A model generated the notes under the pieces. It did no database searches. It was not told the DNA's origin and saw only the letters and a list, made by a program, of their open reading frames with translations. Source: Phyllosticta citribraziliensis (Eukaryota). From it: DNA of 64,000 nucleotides. A program made the translations under genes and the position numbers. Positions within the stretch are counted from its first letter, which is position 1, and the number at the start of each line of letters is the position of its first letter. Where the stretch lies: positions 3,100,001 to 3,164,000 of the forward strand of contig NW_027117338.1 of NCBI RefSeq assembly GCF_038025025.1, written 5' to 3'. This document shows positions 24,017 through 35,651 of the stretch, piece after piece.

Positions 24017-27000
24017 GAGGTGAAGTGAGGACAGGGTCATGTCGTGCGCGCCGCCGCCGCCGCCGCCGTGGACGCGTTTGTGGCACGTTGACGGCAGGCA
24101 GGCAGGTGCGCCGCGTGTTGTCGTCGTCGTCGTGTCGCCACAGCAGCTGCTGGAGAAGAGGGAAAGGATGGGCAGAATCATGTACGAACATGTAGGGAGA
24201 GAGAGAAACGGGGAAGGGAGATGGGGATAGGCAGGCAGGCAGATGTGATGGGGCGGGGGCCGCGTGCATACAACGAACGTCGATTGTCGATTGACACTGT
24301 AGGGAGCGAACAGGAGGTGTGTATACACCACCACCTTGCTATATGTACATTGCAGATCCCGCACACACACACCATCATTGCTGCTCCGATCCAATCCCAT
24401 CCCATCCACCAACTATCCACCACCACCATCATCTCTTCCGCGAGTCTTCGGATCCTCGGATGCGCGCCCATCCCGTGGTTCTCTACATAAGTAGGTATCC
24501 ACTCGGCTAGCAGTACGATGTGGAGAAAGCGCCTTTAGCGGCGTCTCCCAGACTCCACGTCGAAACCAAGTGACTGACGCGTCACCTCAAAATGGGTAGG
24601 TACAGAGGACGACGAGGGATTTTGTGTGTGGAGGGGGTCGCGCGTTCGTGCAGACTGCAGATGGAGGCGTAGTGGTGTGGCCCTCTGTCTGCGTCTGCGT
24701 GTGAGTTTTCACCTTTCGCGACTCGACCGACTCGACTCCGTGACCTCGCGCCTGCGTCGACGACCGTCTGTCTGCGAGTCTGCAAGTCTGCTTCAGCTGG
24801 ACAGGGATGTATGCGTCCCGCTGCCGTTCCCAGCTCTCAGCTCTGGCTTTGGCTCCACCTCCACCTCCGCATTTCGCAATTTGCGTTTGCGACTGCAGCG
24901 ACGACGAAAGACTAAAGCCAAAAAAATGGCGAGGGCGAGGGCAGGTGGATGGGGATGCGTGAGGACGTGGAGTGCCCTTCTTCCCCGCTCGCTTCTTCTG
25001 CCATGCTTGAATGGAAGGATGGAAGGATGGATGGATTGAGGGTCGGTACAGCTAGCTCACAGAAACGAAGTAAGTGCCAACCTTGGCTGGCACTGCGGTG
25101 ACGACGTCCAGGGGACATGCATCCCCTCTTTACCCCTCCATCCCTCCCTACGATGCTATGTATTCAGCAGCCGCAGGTCTGAAACGAAACATGTATTTTC
25201 TCCGACGCCCGTCCGTCCAGGGGGGTTCCGCAATGGGTTACCCCCGCACGCACGCACGTACTGCACAGCCACCGCTGCTGCCACTGCACCGCCGCGCGCG
25301 TGGATAGAACCGACAGGACCGAGGAATGGAAGTGTGGAGGTGCAGTCCTATTGGCGGTTAAGCGCCGGGCCGATCCCGGGAGCGCTTCGGGTGGTCGGGT
25401 CGGGTGTTTCTGTTCTTGCCTGTCCTCCTCGCTTAGGTCCACGGCAGTAAGTCCCCTTCCATCGTCTCGAACCGACCAACGTCTTTGCTCTCACTCTCGC
25501 AACGGGCACCGCCGCACAATCAGTCGGGCTCTGCTCTGCTTCGGATCGCGACAAGCCAAGCAGGTATTGCTCGCCAGCTAGCTAGCTCGCCAGCTCGCCG
25601 TTTGCCCAAGCGACAGAGCAACAAGACGCCGGCCGCCGGCGCGATCCATCAACAAATCAATTCGCGCATCCAGCCCAGCCCAGCGCAGCGCAGCCAGCCA
25701 CCGCTCGGCTCTACCCGGCGCATCATCTCGTTTCGTCTCATCTCTGCTCCTCGCGCGCCGGCGCGGCGGTGCCTGATGAGAAGAAAAAGCGGCGGACGAC
25801 GCGATGCGGCAGGAAAAGCTTCTGGGCCCTTCTACGGCCGTCTGTCTGTCCACGACAGCGCATCAGCGAGCGAGCGCACTGTTGTTTGTGGCGCGCGGCT
25901 GCTGCTGCCATGCCCTTGTGGTGGATGATAATGGATGATGGATGGGGCAATCCGTCTGTCCACCTCCTCTGCCTATTACTACGCCGTTCTATCGTCGTCG
26001 ACCTAGTCGTGCTGTAACGGTGGAGGGGTGGAGTGAATCGAACCGAGCACAGACGGCGCGGGCAATAACGACACTGCTGCTGCTGCCGTCGCCGGCGCCG
26101 CTACTCAGGAAATGTTTCTGGTGCTTTCTTTCCACTGCTGCTGGTGCTAGAGAGGAGGACGAGGGTGGCGCCGTTGTTGCTCCCTCTCTGGCTCTTGATT
26201 TGCGTGCCCGACCAAGAGAGCAAGCAACCATCACTACTACAATGCCACACACACGTAACCAGACGCCGACGCCGCCGTCGTACCTAGGTAATCGTATAAG
26301 TACGCGTGCCGGAACCATCCGCACCCGCACCCGCACCCGCAATCTATCCCAGGGATGCAAGAACTCCAACCCCAGACCGACAGACGGCAGGGCAGACAGA
26401 CGGGCAGACAAAACAGCGACTGTTCCTACCGGTACGTACCCAGATCAAACACCACGACACGCCACGCATGCCACGCATGCCACGCACGCGTGCCAGATGC
26501 CCGTGTCTCACATCTCATCTCATCGGGCGTCGATCACCCACCCCACCCATTTACCCATCCATCAACCTACCCACGTACCCATCATCGGCATCGGCATTCG
26601 CATCGATCCTCATCGACATCGCGAATGCTCCCGATGTCGATGATGCGATTTGGCATACGCCGAACGCTCGATCGGCAAATGGAAAGTATGCGCAAAGTAT
26701 GCAGGCATCCGTGAGCGTGGCAGAGCCGCGCTAGGCTGTTTTGAGTACGTGTGAGCAGGAAGTACGCGTGGGAGGGGGATGTGTGTGTGGAAGAGGCAGG
26801 CGGTGAGATGGCTTGCTTGCCTGTCTGTTTAATTGTGCACTGGCTGGCTGGCTCTTGTGACAGGAGATGTTGAGATGTCGGGACGGACGTGGTGGTTTGT
26901 CGTCGTCGTCGTCGTCGGCAGAGGCGACGGCACAGTAGGTGGGTGTCTCATCTCTTTCGACTCCCAGGCTACCCACGACACCAAATGACCGCTTCCCAAG

Positions 27001-27453
27001 CGCAACCATAGCAGTAAATAAATGCTCCTTGAGCGCAAGCGCAGCAGCGAACGAATGCTCCTCAACTCAAGGGCAATCACACGAGCAAAAGAACGCTCCC
27101 TAGACGCATATCTGTTGCCAAGAGGTCTAATTTTCCTTCGCCACCCCATCGTGACGGCGGTTGATGGACTTGCTTACTTACTGCCTTGCCTGCTTGACGA
27201 CAGACAAACAAGACAAGGTAGAAGCGCCGCTGGGTCCACGACGACGATGAATCAAACGAGCAAAGGAACGGTCCTCCTTGCCATTCTCCTTCCTGCGTAG
27301 CTGCGTATATCCCTACCTAACGCAAACACGCTGCCAGCAGTGGGAGCGTCATAGGAGCAGCAACGAAGCGCAACGCGAGAAGTCTCGGGGCGTACCACCG
27401 GTACATGGCGACGTCAGCGTCAGAGGGCAAGCAAACCGTCAGCGGGGCAGGTT

Positions 27454-27485
27454 AGGGCAGGGCAGGGCAGGGCAGGGCAGGGCAG
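27454..27485. repeat. (AGGGC)6 pentanucleotide repeat
   Basis: agggcagggcagggcagggcagggcagggcag read directly. Confidence 0.9.
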
Positions 27486-30400
27486 TCAGTTCGTTCTCTG
27501 TCTGACAGACAGACTGACGACGGCAATGGAGTGGCAGCAAAACACACGAAGCAGATGAAGCAGCCGGGGGGTATAGAGAATCGCCTAGTTTGGTTTGTAC
27601 TGTGCTAGCAGTGAGGCGCCCAGCGCTGGTGGTTCGCCTCGGCGGGCAGGGCAAGGTAGGGCGGGCACTGAAGCCGTGGAAGAAGCGTGATGGTGAGGAT
27701 AGGGGCATGCAAAAAAAAAAGCAGAAATAGAAATAGAAACCATATAGACCATAGAACCTGGCAGCAGGCAGCTGCCTTAGCTGTAGTGGGGTGGGTAGGG
27801 TGAGCTTGTGTGCGGTGTGGGTACCGTACCTTATGATGGAGATAGAGACGGCGTACCTACGGTACAGTACATCCAGTACTCATGGTGCGTGGTGCGTGGT
27901 GCGTGGTAGAAGTGGGTCGAGTAAGGTAGGTAGGTAGCAAACGAGGCAACCGACGCGGATGGCGTTTTCTTGCTTGCTTACCTGCTGCTGCTGCTGCTGT
28001 CGCGGGGTCGGGTCGTTTGCGACGGCGACGGCGACGGCGGCGGCAACGTTGCGCGCTCGCTGGCTGCGATTGGAGGAGTGCACGAGTGAAGGAAAGCCAT
28101 GCGTTCGCTTGAGCGCATACATAGCTGCAGATTGGATCTGAGGGATAATGTCGGATACGAATACGCATCTCCCATAGCACGCGCGCTTGGCTGGGCGCGG
28201 AGGGATGGAAATGGTGATGGGCGAGGGAAGATGAGGTTGGGTGCTAAGGTACAGTACCGGGTAGCGTAGCATTCGCGACGCAGCGAGCGAGGTAGCGTGG
28301 CAGAATGCGCTGGGCTGCCAATACGGGCAATCCGGCGTCTCACAGATGCAGTTGACGGGTACATGTAGGTGGTGGTGCCCTCATCGACATCAAAGCAAGC
28401 AAGCCATCATCGTCAACCCGCCTGGCCAAGGCACCACCGCACACGAAGATTTCCCACCATCTGGGTGGGAGAGCCACACCCACACACACCAAGCTGCGCC
28501 GAGAGCAAACATCATCGTCGGCACGGGCAGCCAAGCGCGCGCCAGGAGCCCGAAAAGGGAAAAGGGTGCTGACGGAGTGAGACAGGTGGGTGGACCGAAC
28601 GGGCAGTCGGCAATGCACGTCAGTCAGTCAGTCCGTCAGCCAGCCAGTCGAGCATGATGATGGGATCAGGCTGCCCATGGTTACTGTATCCACCCTGATC
28701 CGTCTATCAGCGGGCAGCGGTTCGGTTGCGGGGAATTATTTTTTTTCTTCTCGCTCTGCTTCTTCTTTGGTCTTCTCCCACTATTCCGCCACCGTGGCGT
28801 GCTCGCTTGATTGGCTGACGAGCGACCAGCGGATCCCGCTGCTGATGAAGCATATACAAGGTAAGGTGGGCTTGGTTCGGTTGGGGGCAATGGAGTTTGC
28901 TCTGTCAATGCCGGACGGACGGCGCTGTCTTCCCGTTTTGGCGGTTCGACTGCGATGCGTGGGAGGGAGGGCTGCTGCCGTTGGTGTTGTAGATGATAGA
29001 GGGAGGTCATGAGGCTGTTTGATAGGTATCCCACCTAGTGTTGTGAGGGGCACGGCAGACAGGGATCAGCGAGAGCCGCAGCGCTGCATCGAGAGCCGAT
29101 AATGTACATGGATGGTGGTGTACTGATGACTGAGGCTTGCTGCAAAGTCGGAGGGCACGCCATTCACCGCGGCCGTCTTGCAAGAGAGACAACAGATGTT
29201 GTCCACTCCGAGATGGAGCAATGGATGCCCTTCTCAATCAGGCTGTTGCCGTCTATCAACCACCCCTCCCCATGTATCGCGAACTCTATCACTCACCACA
29301 CCTCGTACCCACCCGCTCGACACATGCCTGCTCGTGCATACACCATGTACCTTAGCCGAGCAGGTAGCTCTCCGTCTTGTCCGCATGCCCATGTGCTCTG
29401 GATGAGGGGCAGATGGACAAACAAGCTGAAGACGGACGACAGCAAGACAATTGCCTCGGGGCGAGCCGAAGCTCGCCTTTTTCCAGCGCGCTGCATCCGC
29501 GCTATGCGATGCGACGCGACAATGACAACCTCAGCTGCTCTCCCACGCTGCAAGAAGACTTCCCGAAGACCGTCGAATATGCAGACCGGATCTCCATGCT
29601 TCCACGGCAATCCTCGTTGCCGAGAAACATCGACTTGTTGAGCCACCCGCCGCTGCTCGGCCGTACCTCATGGTGCTCGACGAGTTTGTCCAGTTGATCG
29701 CCGAAATCGCCGACGCCATGCCCCAAAACTCACCCAGGCATCCCGTTTTGCTCTTTATACGACTCTCTAGTGCCAGCCGCTCAATCGGGTCGCTGCCGGG
29801 GCTACTGGCGTGTCCCTTGATAGACAAGCTGTGTCGTCCATGCCCGCTGTCAGAATTTCGATGCCACTGATAATCGGATCGCGGAACGCAGGGCACGCAG
29901 CAAGAAAAGACGGCGCCAGCAGCGCACGACCCGCAAAGATCTACCCTCGGCAGATAGACGGGCCTTGCATTGTGCTCGGAGGGCAGAGAAGCCGTTTCCT
30001 TCCTCACCTCCCAGCAGCAGCACCGCCGTGGCACCGCTTCGCAGCCAAATGCGACCACTAGGCGCGCCGTGTGCCTGAAGGGACAAGGACTTGGCGCGCC
30101 GAGTTGCCGAACAAACCGCATTGACCGACCAGCTGATGGAGCTGGAAGTGTATATGCTGGGATGAAGCAAGGCACCTGGCGATGGAGTGTCGGCAGGTTT
30201 TCTGGTTGGCCATCTTGGCCCGGTGGTTGTGGTGCCCCCCATTGGACGGGCAGGGCAACGGACGCAGCAGAAAGGAAAAAAGTTGTGGTAGGGCAGCCAA
30301 CAGAAACCTGCCAAACTGATGTCATTGGATGGGGTTTTGCCATCACGGTAACATCATTGGACGTCAATTTTTAATTTATCGTCGGGCTTTTTGCTTTTTC

Positions 30401-32255
30401 GCCTGTCAACAAGCGCAGTAGACGGGGCTTGGCCGACGATGGATCCAAGGCGGTTGTCCAAGGGGTGCGAGTGAGATACTGGGGTTGCAGCCGGGCGCGT
30501 GGCACCCTTCCTACTGCACGCTTGCCCGACAAGGCATCCGGATTGCTGAAGCGCTTTGATAGCCGGCCCCCTTATCTCGTCCGGATGGCGGTCATTTCTC
30601 AAACCGCAACGTGTTGCCCAGAGAGCACATGTAGAAAGAGGGCATCGTGCTGGTCGGCATCGCCGTTGCCCGCAGCCTTGTCGTGCCCTGCTGTCGACTG
30701 GTCGGCTTAGCCGAGCGAGCAGAGGGTCGTACGAGTGGTTCAGTGCTCAGGTTGCGCGGACGTCGATGAGCTGCAGTTGGGCGATTCGATCAAAAACAGT
30801 CTCGGTACATGCGGAGGCCAGGGATGTGTGGGTTGGCCTGCGCGCTTTGTTGGTGTCCCAGCAGGCCACACAAGCGGTCTACGAGAATTGACAGCGCGAT
30901 GAGATGGTGGTCGTGTTTGGAGTCGTTCCTGACGCGTCTTCGCCAAGCCAGCGCGACATGTCCAAGGGAATTGTCTCTCTGGGAGGTTTCAGGCAACATT
31001 GTGTGCCTCCGCGGCCCTTTTGGCGCTTCACGGTGAGATTGATCGATGCTCCAAGGTCTGTGGGAATGGAAGATACCGAGCAGTTTCCCCACCACATTGT
31101 GCCCCACAATCCTCATTATGCGGGCAACGGCTTCGGGAGTCGGTTCTTGATAGTCGACTTCGCTTGATAGGTGCGAGGCGAGCGGCGCGGTTGGGCTGAG
31201 AGACACAAACAATGGATTGTTGATTGTCGCGGGCTCAAGCTTAAACCCTTGCCCAGGGCGTTATGGCGGGCATGGTTGAGACGGCGAAACTCTAGGCAGG
31301 AGATAGTTTGCTGCCGTGCTTCTCCATCCAAATCCTTTCTCCTCTGTGCCAGTCGCAATGTCACTTGTCACTTTGCTGTGGATTTCACATGGCGCCGTGG
31401 AGGCCAAAAGACGACAGCCAATCGCTAACGCGTCCCGGATCAAGCGGAGCTAATCAGAGAGCAGAAGACAAGGACGCGCTGATGATCCATGGCGCGAATG
31501 GCAGTCATCCGAGCAACGTACGCTCTGGTCGGTGCGGCGTTGAGTGACCCTCGGACGGGCATGTATGCGATGCGACGCGATGCGATGCCTCCCTGTCGAC
31601 GAATTTTGCGCTCTTGGTCGGCCTTGGACATGAAGCCGAAGGGAAGGCCGAAAGTTGTTGAAGTCACACAGCTTGCCTGAACCGACGAGCAAGCGACAAG
31701 GGAGATCGACGTTGGGCTGTGGACTTGGTTGGACCGCCTGTGACGTCAAAATCGTGCAATTCAACACCATGCCTGGCACAGAAGTCAAGAGGAAAACCAG
31801 AAAGAGCAGAGGCGTGCAATGGCATTGTCCAACTGGCAGGGCAGCAAACCACAATGGCAGTCAACTTTTTTTTTTTTCCCCTTCTGGCCCCCTTGGATCC
31901 ATCGACGGACGGACCCTGAGATTGCTGTGACCTCGCCATCACACGAGATGATGACTGCTTCTCGCTCGTATCCATCCTTCTTCGCCTACCAGCCGGGCGG
32001 ATACGGACGAGGCTCTGCTAAGCTACGCCGGCGACGAACCAACCCGTGGCCGGCAGCAGGGGCAAGATGCTTAATCGCCCAGAGGGTCGAGTTTAACGCT
32101 GCTTACTGCCCCGACGGCCCGGAACCAGCAAAGCTTCGCTTAGCCTTGTCCATGTCATGTCGTGGCAGCGCTCAAACGAAGGTTGCAACGGCGTCGTGAG
32201 ATGATGAGACGACCGACACCAACAACGACGACAACAACCGTCATCCATCGTGGCC

Positions 32256-32265
32256 GTCACCTCAC
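32256..32265 (+). promoter_or_regulatory. Possible sterol-regulatory element (SREBP/SrbA-type) upstream of ERG7
   Basis: GTCACCTCAC resembles SRE-1 ATCACCCCAC and lies ~250 bp upstream of the ERG7 ATG; a short degenerate match that could be chance. Confidence 0.2.
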
Positions 32266-32514
32266 GCGTCAGGCCAGCGAGGCGGCCACCGCCACCATGA
32301 CTCGGCTATCGATAAGCAAATCCAGGGCGCGCAAAGTGAGGCGACGCGCGGGACAGTGGCCGTGTCTCGTGGCCGCAGAGCCCCTGCCAAGCGTCCCATC
32401 AACACCGCCCACTGCGCGTCCCACTCATTTTCGCTCCGTCAGAGCTCTCCGCCATCCTGCCATTGCACCCTCAAGCTTCGGATACTGCTGCAGCTCCAGA
32501 ATTGCCATCACAGC

Positions 32515-34903
32515 ATGGTGCGCACCGTCGCTACCAACGGCCACGCCAAGTCGCCCCATGAAAGGCACGCCAATGGCGCCTTAGCCGCCCAAACGACCGC
32601 TGAGGGCAAGACGGACTACAGCCGATGGCGCCTCCTCGATGAGAATGGCAGGCAGACCTGGCATTACCTGGAAACGGACGACCAGCTTCAGAACTGGCCC
32701 CAGACGGTGGCTGACAAGTACCACTTGGGCTTGCCTACGGTGCGTCATAGAACGTCATCTCCTGCGCCGCGCATGGACTGACCGAGACTCTAGGGTCTTC
32801 CTGAGCTACCACCCGCAAAAACTCCCACCCAAGCAGTCGAGAATGGCCTCTCCTTCTTCGAGCGACTCCAACTCCCGTCCGGACAGTGGGCCTGCGAATA
32901 TGGCGGACCAATGTTTCTGCTGCCTGGCCTGGCAGTTACCTGGTACGTGACCGAGACCGAAGTCCCGGAGGCACACAAGACGGAAATCAAGAATTATCTG
33001 CTCGCGCGCCAAAACCCCGAAGATGGCGGCTGGGGCCTCCACATTGAGGGCCAGAGCTCGGTTTTCGGTACCGCCATGAACTACACAGTATTGAGGCTCC
33101 TTGGTATGGACGCGGAAGACCCTAGAATGATCAAGGCGAGAGGCACACTGCACCAACTGGGTGGTGCGGTAAATAGTCCGCATTGGGCCAAATTCTGGCT
33201 CAGCGTGCTGGGCGTCACTCCATGGGAGATTGTCAACCCCATTCCTCCTGAGCTCTGGTAAGCGTGCAATTCCGCCAGTCAACACAACGGGCGAATTCTG
33301 ACACCATCAAAGGCTTCTCCCGGATTGGGTCCCCATCGCTCCCTGGCGCTGGTGGATTCACATGCGCCAGGTCTTTTTGCCAATGTCATTCGTCTACTCC
33401 AAGAAATGGTCCTACAAGCTCACTCCCTTGACCGAGTCGCTTCGCAAAGAGCTCTTCACTCAGCCGTACGCTAGCATCAATTGGAACTCCCACAGAAACA
33501 GTATCTCGCCCAGGGACAATTACTGCCCAAAGACCTGGATCTTGAACGTCATCAACTGGATACTCGTGTACATATGGTTTCCGTTTCTGAGGATGGACTC
33601 GTTGGTAAAACGCGCCGAAGAGTGGACCTATCGCCTCATCAAGTACGAGGACGAAAATACTCACTACGCCAACCTAGCACCTGCCAATGCTCCCATGAAC
33701 ATGGTTTGCACCATGATCCAGGAAGGGCTTGACAGCCCCGCGGTTCAGAAACATCGCGAGAAATTGGCCGACTTCCTGTGGGTCAAGAACGAGGGAATGC
33801 TGATGAACGGGACCAACGGAGTGCAGATATGGGACACGTCGTTTCTGATCCAAGCTGCCGTAGCGGCTGGCGTGCAGCGCGACGAAAAGTGGAAGCCCAT
33901 GCTCACAAGCGCTCTCGAATTTCTCGAGAAGCAGCAAATGTTGGAAAACCCTCCTCACCACAAAGTCTCATACCGGCAAGCTTCCAAAGGCGCCTGGGCA
34001 TTCAGTACCCGGGAGCAAGGATACACCGTCTCCGACTGCACGGCCGAAGGCCTGAAGTCCGTCTTGCTCCTCCAATCTTTCTCTGACTACCCCGATCTCG
34101 TCTCCGACGAGCGCTTGAGGGACTCTGCCGACCTTCTCCTGACAATGCAAAATCCATCTGGCGGCTGCTCGTCCTACGAGCCAACTCGTGGTTCCGAAAA
34201 GCTCGAGTGGCTAAACGCCGCTGAAGTCTTTGGGCGCATCATGGTAGAGTACGACTACCCCGAATGTACAACCGCAGTCGTGACGGCTCTCTGCGCGTTC
34301 CGCAAAAAGTTTCCCAAGTACCGGCGTGCCGAAATTGACGCCTTCATCGAGCGTGCTCTGGGCTACATCCGGCGTGCACAGCGTGCAGATGGTTCCTGGT
34401 ATGGAAGCTGGGGCATTTGTTTCACGTACGCCGGCATGTTCGCACTCGAGTCACTCCGCAGTGTCGGTGAGACATATGAAAACTCGGAGCGGGTCCGTCG
34501 GGCCTGCCACTTCTTCACAGACCGACAGATGGAAGATGGCGGTTGGGGCGAGAGCTACAAGAGCTGTGAGGACCAGGTCTGGCGCAATCATGAAAAGAGC
34601 CAGGTGGTGCAGACCGCTTGGGTCTGTATTGCTTTGATGGAGGCCGAATTTCCTGACAAGGCTGTCATATCCAGAGCTCTCAAGATGATTATGAGCAGGC
34701 AGCAAGCCAATGGCGAATGGTTGCAGGAAGCCATCGAAGGTGTCTTCAACAATTCCTGGTGAGTTGTGTCTCCACTGTTGCCAGTTATCGAGCGGGTACT
34801 GATTCGTAACAGCATGATTTCCTATCCGAATTACAAATTCATCTTCCCGATGAAGGCGCTCGGCATGTACGCGCGCAAGTATGGCGATGAGGAGCTTCTC
34901 TAG
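32515..34903 (+). CDS. ERG7: Lanosterol synthase (2,3-oxidosqualene cyclase), ~741 aa
   Basis: Introns 32740-32793, 33258-33312 and 34759-34812. [20 protein letters not shown] repeats ([37 protein letters not shown]), catalytic VSDCTAE, lanosterol-type residues GTNG and QGYTV, end [17 protein letters not shown]. Confidence 0.98.
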
Positions 34904-35651
34904 ACGACGATAACGAACAGCATCGGCCTCGGTGGTAGACCGGCACAGCATCTAATGACAGCATCAACATATTTCTAATGTCTCGACGTTCTCCCTACAA
35001 GTAGACTTCTCCTTGTAAACATCTCAGAACTTTGCATGACGGCCTCCCGGGAGACGGTAACATCAAGAAGCGAGATTCGAAAGGGTCGTGGTCCTTTATA
35101 CATATTCAATCGACCAAAGCGTTGTCTTTTAATCGAGATTGTCATGAATCGAACGCCTTGACTCGCCCCCTTTCACCGCCTCTTGGCGGATCTACTTCCG
35201 TACTTTTGATCCACTTTAATGCCCATCAGTGGAGTCCCCGCAAATTGCACACATAATTCTGGCCTCCTTAGCTCATTTGAAACCGCTTGCAAACGTCTCA
35301 AAACACCGTCCTCGGCTTAGCACCGCGCGCAGAGGTCCCGAGGTCCGTATTGAAACCGATTCCTTTCCTCTTTTGGGAGCGTTTCGAGTAATATTGGACA
35401 AGTGGAGCGATCACCTTCGCGCCGCGTCTCGAAAAAACAGGGGTAGAAGCTGGAGTGCAGAAAGTCCTCTCGTCACGCGCCGCGACGTGCTCGTCCACCA
35501 CAGTGTCTTCGAACTATCCCACTAGCAACACCCGCACCAGGCACCCTACCAGCTTAGGGCGTCCACTTTGCCACATCTCTTGTTTACATGTCTGTTTAAC
35601 GAGTGTCTTCTATTGTATTTCTATTCTCTCTCAACCTCGATATCCGCATCC

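Noticed and set aside
18600..32300. Numerous 60-280 aa ORFs in the microsatellite-rich spacers
   Set aside because: Low-complexity translations of repeats in GC-rich DNA, overlapping in all frames, with no codon bias or domain motifs (except 20932-21966).
32515..34903. Oxidosqualene cyclase as core of a triterpene biosynthetic cluster
   Set aside because: Has lanosterol-synthase diagnostic residues ([15 protein letters not shown]), and no P450, transferase or transporter genes lie nearby.
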